This document shows, piece by piece, positions 25,066 through 33,038 of a stretch of DNA of 64,000 nucleotides. Each line of letters begins with the position of its first letter. The stretch's first letter is position 1. Origin of the DNA: Candidatus Enteromonas sp. (lineage in GTDB: Bacteria; Bacillota_I; Bacilli_A; RFN20; CAG-826); NCBI GenBank assembly GCA_034089705.1, contig JAXDTZ010000013.1, positions 9,522 to 73,521 of the forward strand, in the 5' to 3' direction. The position numbers and the translations under genes were made by a program. The notes beneath the pieces were generated by a model that had not been told where the DNA came from, did not search any database, and worked only from the letters and a program-made list of their open reading frames with translations.

Positions 25066-25590
25066 ATGTCGGATTACGTCAACGAATATCCCGACGCTTC
25101 TTTTTCGCATTTGAGTTTGGAAGAACTCGCCCGCCTCTTTTTCGTCCCTTTGTCTCCTAAGCTTTATTCGGAGGTCGCTTCGATCATCCCGTTGTCCCAA
25201 GATGGCGTTTCCCTGTTGCTTTCCCTTTTCCCGTCCCATCCGGTTTCCCCTCGCTTTCAATCCATCTCTTCTCTGTCCCTTCCCCCAAAACGCGTGGAAA
25301 AAGCTTTCTTTCAAAAGAAAAACGTGGTGATTCTCGGTTATCATCCCCTCGCGGGAAGGATCTTCGCGAGCATCCTCCAAGAAGTCCCCAATCTCTCTTG
25401 CTCTTGGGGGGTGGGCGATTTTGGAAAAGCGGAAGGCTTAGGCGTCCCCATGTTGGAAGAACTCTATGCCGCCTTAAATGATTCGGAGCTCGCCGAACTC
25501 TCTTTGCCGAGCAAATCGCGCTTTGAAGGCGCGAGAAAGGAGGAACGTCAATGGAACATGGCTCCCGCGACGGATTCGAGCAATTGCTGA
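25066..25590 (+). CDS. hypothetical protein (about 174 aa)
   Basis: ORF in a consistent frame. The ATG at 25066 (MSDYVNEYPD) has AAAGGG 9 nt upstream, and a GTG at 25006 is the alternative. The 3' end overlaps the next gene by 40 nt. No family recognised. Confidence 0.45.
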   Translation: MSDYVNEYPDASFSHLSLEELARLFFVPLSPKLYSEVASIIPLSQDGVSLLLSLFPSHPVSPRFQSISSLSLPPKRVEKAFFQKKNVVILGYHPLAGRIFASILQEVPNLSCSWGVGDFGKAEGLGVPMLEELYAALNDSELAELSLPSKSRFEGARKEERQWNMAPATDSSNC

Positions 25591-26663
25591 ATTCCCTTGC
25601 CGTCGACAAATCCTTCGACCGCGACTTCCTTTTCGAAGTCTACGAAACCTGCCTTCAAGGCGCCAAAGAGATGGGAGAGGGGGATTTCCATCTCGCCGAC
25701 CTCGGCATCAACGGGGTCCAACTCGTCCTTTACATCGTCAACGAGCACGCTTTTTACCTCCAAACCCATCCTCAAACCCCTCAGGAGGTTCTGATCGAAG
25801 ACGAGAACTATTTTTCCTTGCTCGCCTCCATTGCCCTCGACAAATATTTCACCAACGAGCGCCTCGCCTTCAAAACGGGATCCCGGGCATCCCGTTATAG
25901 CCCCTTGATGTCCACTTTGGACCTCTATTTGAATTTCATTCTGGGGATGCTTTCCCGTTATTCCCGAAACGACCCGGAACGCACCTTGGTGATCGACGTC
26001 ATGGCCAAGGGATTCTCCGTCGCTAAATGCGTCGCCGAACTCCTCGAAGGGGGATACGAAACGGAAGCCTTCTCCACCTGGCGCACCCTTCACGAGAACG
26101 AATGCATCCTCCATATTCTCGTGAAATACGGGGAACCGGCCATCCGCAGTTATTTGCGGCACATCCAATACGGAATCGCCTTCCGCGTGGGCCTTGGCAG
26201 CAAGGAAGCGACCGATGAGATGTTCGTGGAAATCAAAGACAAGATGCATGCGGTCGGGCTCAAATCCAAGGACACCAAACGCTTCATCGAATACGGCTGG
26301 TTGCTTGCCGTCCCCGGGGTCATGGATACCCCCAATTTCAAATTCAATTTCCGCGACGGCGTCGAATCCGTGGCGAACCTCTCCCATTATTCCAAGGTCT
26401 ACGAGATGTCGAGCGAGGTCACCCATTCGAGCCCCGTCCTCATCTATTCCAAGAAGAATTATTTCTTTTACCTGACGTTGCTTAGCCTCTACGAATCCTT
26501 CTTCCGGTTAGAAAAGATCTTCGCTTCCCTTTACACCTCTTCGGTTTCCCCTCAAGAAAAAGAAGGGTACTCCCGCATGAGAAAACTCTATTTCGGGGAA
26601 TTGATGGCCGCCTACCAAGAAGCCAAAAAATCCTTCTCCGAGATATCCAAGAAAAAGGAGTAG
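25551..26663 (+). CDS. hypothetical, predicted mostly helical protein (370 aa)
   Basis: Strong RBS GAAAGGAGG 7 nt upstream of the ATG. The central segment (AKCVAELLEGGYETEAFSTWRTLHENECILHIL) is reminiscent of DUF5677-type helical proteins, but this rests on recall only. Confidence 0.6.
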   Translation: MEHGSRDGFEQLLNSLAVDKSFDRDFLFEVYETCLQGAKEMGEGDFHLADLGINGVQLVLYIVNEHAFYLQTHPQTPQEVLIEDENYFSLLASIALDKYFTNERLAFKTGSRASRYSPLMSTLDLYLNFILGMLSRYSRNDPERTLVIDVMAKGFSVAKCVAELLEGGYETEAFSTWRTLHENECILHILVKYGEPAIRSYLRHIQYGIAFRVGLGSKEATDEMFVEIKDKMHAVGLKSKDTKRFIEYGWLLAVPGVMDTPNFKFNFRDGVESVANLSHYSKVYEMSSEVTHSSPVLIYSKKNYFFYLTLLSLYESFFRLEKIFASLYTSSVSPQEKEGYSRMRKLYFGELMAAYQEAKKSFSEISKKKE

Positions 26664-26667
26664 AACG

Positions 26668-26696
26668 AAAAAGGCGCGATCGATTCGCGCCTTTTA
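26668..26696. terminator. bidirectional rho-independent terminator
   Basis: aaaaaggcgcga-tcgat-tcgcgcctttt is a perfect hairpin with A/T runs on both sides. It lies between convergent genes ending at 26663 (+) and 26711 (-). Confidence 0.8.
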
Positions 26697-26710
26697 TGGT
26701 TCCTTTGCGA

Positions 26711-27160
26711 TTAAGCGAGGTAGCGAAGAAGTTTCTTCATGTCTTCTTCGTGGTCGTCGTCGACGAAGTCGTCGATGATTTCCATCGCGAGGGCCGCCAT
26801 GCACTCTTCGGTCGGCATGTATTGGACGGAGCGGCTCAAAACGAGGAAGTAACGGCCGTGTCCGCGGCGGGAAATGCAGGCCTTGACGAGGTCGTATTTG
26901 TCGTTGAAGGAGTTGACGGCGATGAGGGAATCGGCGGAAACCTTGTATTCGTCGAAGACGGCTTCGATGTTGGCGTAGCCGTGGTTGCCGATGGTGCCGT
27001 GGATGGCGACGGCGGCTTTGTCGAGGCTCTTGACGGTGATCGAGACGCTGTAACGGAAGAAGTCTCCGTCGATCTCGCTCTTATCGAGGTGGACGCCCAA
27101 GTTGTCGAAGCGGCCTTCGATGAGGCGCTTCATTTTGTTCAAATCGTAATTGACGCTCAT
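26711..27160 (-). CDS. small acidic-tailed protein, paralog 2 (possibly YbjN / secretion-chaperone-like)
   Basis: 149 aa with an AAGGAG RBS. It starts MSVNYDLNKMKRLIEGRFD and ends in an acidic tail, DDFVDDDHEEDMKKLLRYLA. It is collinear with the upstream paralog. The fold assignment is tentative. Confidence 0.65.
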   Translation of the reverse strand: MSVNYDLNKMKRLIEGRFDNLGVHLDKSEIDGDFFRYSVSITVKSLDKAAVAIHGTIGNHGYANIEAVFDEYKVSADSLIAVNSFNDKYDLVKACISRRGHGRYFLVLSRSVQYMPTEECMAALAMEIIDDFVDDDHEEDMKKLLRYLA

Positions 27161-27178
27161 GGTATTTCTCCTTTGAAA

Positions 27179-27625
27179 TTAGTCGAGAAGGTAGCCGAAG
27201 AGTTTCTTGACCGATTCTTCGTTATCGTCGTCAAGCAAGTCGTTGATGACGCCCATGGAGAAGCCGGCCATGGCTTCTTCGGTGGTCATGTATTGGGTTC
27301 CGCGGTTGAAGACCAAGCGGTAGGTGCCGTTTTGCCCGCGGCGGGAAATGGTGGCCTTGCAGAGGTTGCAGGCATCGTTGAAGGCATTGATGGCGATTAA
27401 GGAGTCCGCTTTGACGGCGATTTCGCCGAAGACGCACTCGAAGTTGCCGAATCCGTGGTTTCCGATGACCCCGCGGAAGGTGAAGTTCTTCTTCATGAGG
27501 GTCAAAGCCGCGCGATAACGGAGGAAGTCCCCGTCGATCTCGATGGATTCGAGCTTGAGGTTGAGTTCGTCGAAACGTCCTTGGATGAGACGTTTCATTT
27601 TGTTCATATCGTAATTAACACCCAT
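27179..27625 (-). CDS. small acidic-tailed protein, paralog 1 (possibly YbjN / secretion-chaperone-like)
   Basis: The internal ATG at 27625 (MGVNYDMNKMKRLIQGRFD) has an AAGGAG RBS 6 nt upstream and matches the paralog's N-terminus. The ORF-track start at 27718 has no RBS. Confidence 0.65.
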   Translation of the reverse strand: MGVNYDMNKMKRLIQGRFDELNLKLESIEIDGDFLRYRAALTLMKKNFTFRGVIGNHGFGNFECVFGEIAVKADSLIAINAFNDACNLCKATISRRGQNGTYRLVFNRGTQYMTTEEAMAGFSMGVINDLLDDDNEESVKKLFGYLLD

Positions 27626-27827
27626 AGTTAACTCCTTTTCAGTTAGTGAAATCATAAAGTCAAGAAGTGGATTTTGCAAATCAAAAGAAACCAAATAAGA
27701 TTCGATAAATGCTTTCATATCAAATTATTTGCATGTATTTTGGCGCTATTTTGGCACTTACATAGTAAATTTTCGCGTGCGCGAAGTCCTGTTTCGCGTC
27801 AAAATAGTACTCAGGAGGCATTTTTCT

Positions 27828-30800
27828 ATGGCCGAATTCCACATCAGCATCCGTTCGTCTTCCAAAGGGGAGGAGGAAACCGTCTCGCTTCTAAGCGAGA
27901 TTCTGGGCATCGATTCCATCGAAGCCCAAATGCTGCTTTCTTATATCCCCACTTCGGTGTATGTCGGGGAAGACCCCGAGGAAGCCAGAGACGTGCTCGA
28001 AGAGCTAATCTCCGCCGGATTCGACGCTTCTTGCGAAAACTTGCCCCCGGTTTCCGAACCTACCTCTTCCCCAGAGGTTGGGGGACTCAGCGACGATCCG
28101 GAAGGATCCCATCGCAATCCCATCGATTTTCACGGGGGAAAAATCGACATCCGCTTGACCGGATATTCCCAAGGGAAAGAACAGGCTCTCGATTCCCTGC
28201 AAACCGCCTTGTCTATTTCGGAAGACGCCGCGAAGGATTACCTTGACGGCATGCCCGTAGTGGTCGCGACCCACCTCGACCGGGAAACCGCCTCGAAGGT
28301 TTACCAAGACTTGGTGAAAGGGGGCATCGTCCTCGAAGTCCTCGGAGGGGCGATTCCCGAAATGATGACTTCTTCCCATTTGCTCATCCAAGGCACTGGC
28401 CCCGACGACACCGCCTCCTACGAAGCCATCGCTAGCATCAAGAAAATCTCCTTGATCGAAGCGATGGAACTCTTTTCCCACACCCCATTTGAACTCGAGA
28501 TGGAAACCCTCGACGAGTTCGAACTCATCGTGGCCTCGAAAACCGCATACGTCTTCGCCGATTCTTCTTCCGAACCCAAAAGCGAAGAACAAGGCGGGGA
28601 ACCCCGCATTTCCATCACTTCCATCGGCCCCGACGACGTGGCGAGCTACCTTGCCCTCGCCGAGGTCCTCGGCATCGACATGGTCGAAGCCATGGGCATG
28701 CTCTCCCGTTACCCCTTCGACATCCTGAAAGGGGAAACGGACGACGTCCTCAAAAAAGCCGCGGAAACCCTTAAAAAAGCCGGAATCACCTTCGATCTCG
28801 TTTTGTCGGAAGGCTCCGCTTTCGTCTCCCCGTCTACCCCGAAAACCTCCCAGACCGCGGAAGAACGCCTCCGCGAACTCGTGGGGTTATCCACGGTCAA
28901 GCGCCAAGTGGAGATGATCAAAGCCTACGTCAAGAAGAACGAAGGCATGAAGAAATCTTTGAATTTGAACATGGCCTTCCTCGGAAACCCCGGGACGGGC
29001 AAAACCATCGTCGCCCGCTTGATGGGGGAAATCCTCCATTCCATCGGGGCCCTGCCCTCCTCCCGCGTGGTCGAATGCTCCGCGAAGGATTTGATCGCCG
29101 GATACGTGGGGCAAACCGCCAAATTGACCGATGAAAAGATCGAAGAAGCGATGGGAGGGGTCCTCTACATCGACGAAACTTACGCGATCAACCCCAAGGA
29201 AAACCCCTATGGCAAAGAATGCGTCGACACTTTGCTCAAAGCCATGGAAGACCGCCGCGGGGAAATCGCCTTCATCTTCGCGGGCTATCCCGCCCAAATG
29301 CAGGAATTCCTCGAATGGAACCCCGGCCTCGAAAGCCGCGTCAAATTCCTCATCCCCTTTGAGGATTACAACAAAGAAGAACTCAAGAAAATCCTCCAAA
29401 TGCAATTGCGGAGCGACGATTACGAAATCACCCCCGAAGCCCTCGACGCCCTCACTTCCCTCGTGGACAGCAAGCGCTATTCCCCGCGCTTTGGCAACGG
29501 GCGGGAAGCGCGCACCGCGCTAGAGAAAGTCGAATTGATCCAAGCCTTGCGCACGAGCGAAGAGAAGGAAGACCGCTTGATCGGCATCGAAGACATCGCG
29601 GAATACGCCAAAGAAAACGGGCTCATGATGCTCGAAAGCGATGCCCCGGAAGGAGAAGCCTTTCAGGCCCTCCAATCCCTCATCGGCCTCGACGAAGTCA
29701 AGGAGAACGTCTCCGATTTGATTTCCTATTTCGCCCAAAACCGCGGGAAAACCCAAAAAGTCGATTTCCACATGGCCTTCCTCGGCAACCCCGGGACGGG
29801 CAAAACCATCGTCGCCCAATTGCTGGGCAAGATTCTGTTCCAAGAAGGCATCCTCCCCTCTTCCCGCTTCCTTGAAGTGAGCGCCCCCGACCTCATCGCC
29901 GGGTACGTTGGCCAAACCGCGATCAAAACCCGGGAAGCCATCCAAAAAGCCCTCGGGGGAGTCCTTTTCATCGACGAAGCCTATGCCCTCGCGACTTCCG
30001 GCAACGCTTCCTTTGGGGAAGAAGCGATCGCCGAACTCCTCAAAGCCATGGAGGACCACCGCGGGGAATTCGCGGTCTTCTTCGCCGGCTACCCCAAGGA
30101 GATGAACCAGTTCCTCGTCCGCAACCCCGGCCTCCAAAGCCGCGTTAAATTCACGATGAATTTCGCGGACTACACCTATTCCGAACTCCTCCAAATCGGG
30201 GAAGGCATCCTCAAAAAAGACGAATACGAAATGGCGGACGCCATCCTCCAATCCTTGACCCGTTACGTCTTCTCCCGCAAGAAAGAAAGGGGATACGCCA
30301 ACGCCAGGACTTTGCGGGAAGCCATTTCCAGCGTGGAAATCAAGCACGCCGGGCGCGTGGCCCACGGGGAAGAAGCGGACCGCCAAATCACGATGGCCGA
30401 CCTTTACGCGGCCTTTGGAAAAGAAAACATCCCCAGCGAATTTGATTCGAGCGACGCTTCCCCCGCCCCGAGGATGATCCCCTTGACCCGATTCTACGAA
30501 GATCAAGAAAAAATCCCTCCCCATAGCGTCGCGAGTTCCCTCGAAGAGATTTCGGAAGCCGTCGTCGCCATCTCCACGGAAGGGGAAGAAGGCGGAGGGG
30601 AATCTTCGGGCTTCCTCGTTTCCGAAGACGGCTACGTCGTCACCTGCGCCCACTGCGTCCGCGGGGCCTCGACCATCCGAGTCCGCCTCCGAATCGTCCA
30701 TCGCGGACGGACCGTGGACACCCATTACGAAGGAAAAGCCGTCGCCGTCGACGAAGAAAACGACGTCGCGATCCTCCACATCGAAGGCCAGGGCCCGTTC

Positions 30801-31151
30801 CCCTATCTTCGACTCGAACGGCAAGGCGCCCTCGATTTGCCCCCGTTATCGGAAGTTTATCTCTTAGGGTATCCGTTTGGGGTATCGCGCTTCGATTCCT
30901 TATCGGTCAACCAAGGCAAAATCGCCTCTTACCAACGGGGACATGAAGGCCGTCCCGACCAGATCAACTTAGATATCTCCGCCAAATCGGGGAATTCGGG
31001 TTCCGCGGTCCTCGACGCCACCTCGAGCTTCGTCATCGGCATCCTCTGCGGCTCCTCCACCTCCCAATCGGGTTCCTTGGTCGAAGAGATCAATTACTGC
31101 CGCCCCGTCTCTTACGTCTATTCCTTGATTCGGCAAAAGCAAACGGATTAA
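27828..31151 (+). CDS. multidomain protein: 4x ribosomal L7/L12-CTD-like repeats + 2x CbbX/SpoVK-type AAA+ ATPase modules + C-terminal trypsin-like serine protease (1107 aa)
   Basis: AGGAGG (27813-27818) lies 9 nt before the ATG. Walker A GNPGTGKT occurs twice (aa 386-393 and 653-660), with Walker B VLYIDE and VLFIDE. Protease triad context: TCAHC (His942), NDVAIL (Asp979), GNSGS (Ser1057). The N-terminal repeats (aa 1-70, 103-172, 183-245, 258-327) align to the L7/L12 C-terminal domain. Confidence 0.85.
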   Translation: MAEFHISIRSSSKGEEETVSLLSEILGIDSIEAQMLLSYIPTSVYVGEDPEEARDVLEELISAGFDASCENLPPVSEPTSSPEVGGLSDDPEGSHRNPIDFHGGKIDIRLTGYSQGKEQALDSLQTALSISEDAAKDYLDGMPVVVATHLDRETASKVYQDLVKGGIVLEVLGGAIPEMMTSSHLLIQGTGPDDTASYEAIASIKKISLIEAMELFSHTPFELEMETLDEFELIVASKTAYVFADSSSEPKSEEQGGEPRISITSIGPDDVASYLALAEVLGIDMVEAMGMLSRYPFDILKGETDDVLKKAAETLKKAGITFDLVLSEGSAFVSPSTPKTSQTAEERLRELVGLSTVKRQVEMIKAYVKKNEGMKKSLNLNMAFLGNPGTGKTIVARLMGEILHSIGALPSSRVVECSAKDLIAGYVGQTAKLTDEKIEEAMGGVLYIDETYAINPKENPYGKECVDTLLKAMEDRRGEIAFIFAGYPAQMQEFLEWNPGLESRVKFLIPFEDYNKEELKKILQMQLRSDDYEITPEALDALTSLVDSKRYSPRFGNGREARTALEKVELIQALRTSEEKEDRLIGIEDIAEYAKENGLMMLESDAPEGEAFQALQSLIGLDEVKENVSDLISYFAQNRGKTQKVDFHMAFLGNPGTGKTIVAQLLGKILFQEGILPSSRFLEVSAPDLIAGYVGQTAIKTREAIQKALGGVLFIDEAYALATSGNASFGEEAIAELLKAMEDHRGEFAVFFAGYPKEMNQFLVRNPGLQSRVKFTMNFADYTYSELLQIGEGILKKDEYEMADAILQSLTRYVFSRKKERGYANARTLREAISSVEIKHAGRVAHGEEADRQITMADLYAAFGKENIPSEFDSSDASPAPRMIPLTRFYEDQEKIPPHSVASSLEEISEAVVAISTEGEEGGGESSGFLVSEDGYVVTCAHCVRGASTIRVRLRIVHRGRTVDTHYEGKAVAVDEENDVAILHIEGQGPFPYLRLERQGALDLPPLSEVYLLGYPFGVSRFDSLSVNQGKIASYQRGHEGRPDQINLDISAKSGNSGSAVLDATSSFVIGILCGSSTSQSGSLVEEINYCRPVSYVYSLIRQKQTD
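28971..29016 (+). repeat. 46-nt segment 45/46 identical to 29772..29817 (P-loop region of AAA module 1)
   Basis: atggccttcctcggAaaccccgggacgggcaaaaccatcgtcgccc differs from the second copy only by C at the variable position. Confidence 0.9.
29772..29817 (+). repeat. 46-nt segment 45/46 identical to 28971..29016 (P-loop region of AAA module 2)
   Basis: See the partner copy. Confidence 0.9.
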
Positions 31152-31170
31152 CGGAAAGCGAAAATCCACC

Positions 31171-31207
31171 AAAAAAACGGAACCTCTCGCCGAAGTTCCG
31201 TTTTTGT
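31171..31207. terminator. bidirectional rho-independent terminator
   Basis: aaaaaaacggaac-ctctcgccgaa-gttccgttttt, between convergent genes ending at 31151 (+) and 31214 (-). Confidence 0.75.
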
Positions 31208-31213
31208 TCTTCC

Positions 31214-32863
31214 TTACACGTCCGCGTAGACGCTTCCGCCGATGAACTCTCGCATCAAGGAGTTGTTCGGAATCACCGAATCGTCGATGTCCACGAAGAA
31301 TTTGAGCATGCGCAGCAACCGCAGGACCATGGGATAGACGTCGCTTTCCGGTTGGATTTTCTTTAACAAGGGCACCGCGTATTTCTTGAGGACGGGAAGC
31401 TCGTAACTCAGCATCGAATTGAAGACGTAATCGCATCCTTCTTGGTAGGGGTAGATCCACTTGAATTCCCCAGCCCGGACGCTTGGCCACATGTGCAGCG
31501 TCTCTTCCGCGGGGGAGTTGCGGAACTGGTAATCCCGCACGATGCGGCGGATCAAACGCAAGTCGGTCAAGGAGAGGGGGTTGTGGTCGTCGAGGTTGAT
31601 TTGGGCTTGGGGGGCGATGAAGATCTTGAATTTCGCCGATTTGGGGATGTCCATGTGCAGGGCGTCGTTGAGCGCGTGGATGCCCTCGATGATGATGGGC
31701 TGCCCCGGCCCGATCTTCAAGGTCCTTCCTTCGACGCGGTGGCCGAGTTGGAAGTCGAATTTGGGGAGGGTCACTTCTTGCCCCGAGATGAGTTCCAGCA
31801 TGTTTTGGTTGAAAAGGGGGATGTCCAGACATTCGATGGATTCGTAATCCGGGTTCCCATCCTCGTCAATCGGCATTTCGCTTTTGGGGCGGTAATAATC
31901 GTCGATGGAAAGGCGAATCGGATGGAGGCCCCGGCTCATGAGCTCGATGCGGAGGCGGTTCGCGAAGGTCGTTTTCCCGCTGGAAGAAGGGCCGGCGATG
32001 CAGATGAGGCGGATCTGGTCGATGTCGTCGCAAATGAGCTCGCCGAGTTCGGTAAGCATGCGGTTGTGGCGCGCTTCGCAGAGGTTGATGTAGTCGATCG
32101 GCCCGAGGGCTTGGATCATGCGGTTGATGCCCGAGACATTGGAGGAGTGGACGATCTTCGCCCAGTCGTGGGATTCCTTGAGGGTGCGGTTGAAGGTCGG
32201 GGCGTCCTCGAATTCGGGGATGGTCCCCTTGGTTTCCGAACGGGGGTATTGAAGCAAAAGACCGGGGGCGTATAGGCGAATTTTGAAATCTTTGATGTAT
32301 CCGGTGGACGGAGTCATGTGGCTGTACATGTAGTCGACGTAGCCATCGCACCGATACAGGTGCACCGTCTTCTCGGGACGGAAGGAAAGGATGTCGAGTT
32401 TGTCGAGGTATCCGTTTTTCTCAAAGATTTCCTTGGCTTCCTCCACGGAGACCGTGCAACGTTCCAAGGGGTAGTCCGCTTCCGTGATTTTGGCGATCTC
32501 GTGTTTGACGCGCAACAGCATCGCCGTGGTCGCGGAAACGTGGGGCTCGATCAAATGGATGGAGACCGTGCGGGAGATGTCATAGGAAAAACGGATCTTT
32601 TGGTCCGGGTAAGCCCGGTGAAAGGCCATCGCGACGATGAAGCGGAGGGTCGCCTCGTAGATTTTCATGGCTTCCGGGTCCCGGCACGTGATGAAAACGA
32701 GGTTGCTGTCCTGGTGAAGTTCGTAGGTCAACGAGCGGATGCGGTTGTTCACGCGGCAGGCGAGGATTTTCTTTTCGGGGTCGCGGTCGCCGAGGATTTC
32801 GAGAAGCGAAACCTTCCGGTCGTAGGTCTTGGTTTCGCCGAATGCGGTGACGGTAAATTTCAT
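31214..32863 (-). CDS. uridine/nucleoside kinase-family protein with an N-terminal TGS / ThrRS-like region
   Basis: P-loop ICIAGPSSSGKTTFANRL and a uridine-kinase-like C-terminal half. The N-terminal region is beta-grasp-like. The ATG at 32863 (MKFTV) has GAAAGG about 8 nt upstream; alternatives are 32869 and 32884. Confidence 0.75.
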   Translation of the reverse strand: MKFTVTAFGETKTYDRKVSLLEILGDRDPEKKILACRVNNRIRSLTYELHQDSNLVFITCRDPEAMKIYEATLRFIVAMAFHRAYPDQKIRFSYDISRTVSIHLIEPHVSATTAMLLRVKHEIAKITEADYPLERCTVSVEEAKEIFEKNGYLDKLDILSFRPEKTVHLYRCDGYVDYMYSHMTPSTGYIKDFKIRLYAPGLLLQYPRSETKGTIPEFEDAPTFNRTLKESHDWAKIVHSSNVSGINRMIQALGPIDYINLCEARHNRMLTELGELICDDIDQIRLICIAGPSSSGKTTFANRLRIELMSRGLHPIRLSIDDYYRPKSEMPIDEDGNPDYESIECLDIPLFNQNMLELISGQEVTLPKFDFQLGHRVEGRTLKIGPGQPIIIEGIHALNDALHMDIPKSAKFKIFIAPQAQINLDDHNPLSLTDLRLIRRIVRDYQFRNSPAEETLHMWPSVRAGEFKWIYPYQEGCDYVFNSMLSYELPVLKKYAVPLLKKIQPESDVYPMVLRLLRMLKFFVDIDDSVIPNNSLMREFIGGSVYADV

Positions 32864-33038
32864 AGGCATACCTTTCTGTCGCAAGAACCGAAAACGAAGG
32901 CGATTCTTCCGAGTGGAATACTTTAGAATGTAAGGGCTTTCATTGCAAGATATATCGAATCTTTTTGTTCGAATCCACCGTTTTTCGTTGTTTTCGGTTT
33001 GTTCGGCCTATCAAGGCAATCGCAAAGGAGGAAAACCA

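Noticed and set aside
29520-30824. 434-aa ORF antisense to the AAA+-protease gene. Similar long antisense ORFs occur at 50709..51944, 23518..24609, 46101..47183, 34729..35883, 8449..9501, 25548..26426, 36193..37119 and 40133..40966.
   Set aside because: Each lies opposite a gene with strong family-specific motifs. Their translations are Gly/Asp/Glu/Val/Arg-rich with no recognisable domains, as expected for stop-poor antisense frames in a GC3-biased genome. None has an RBS.
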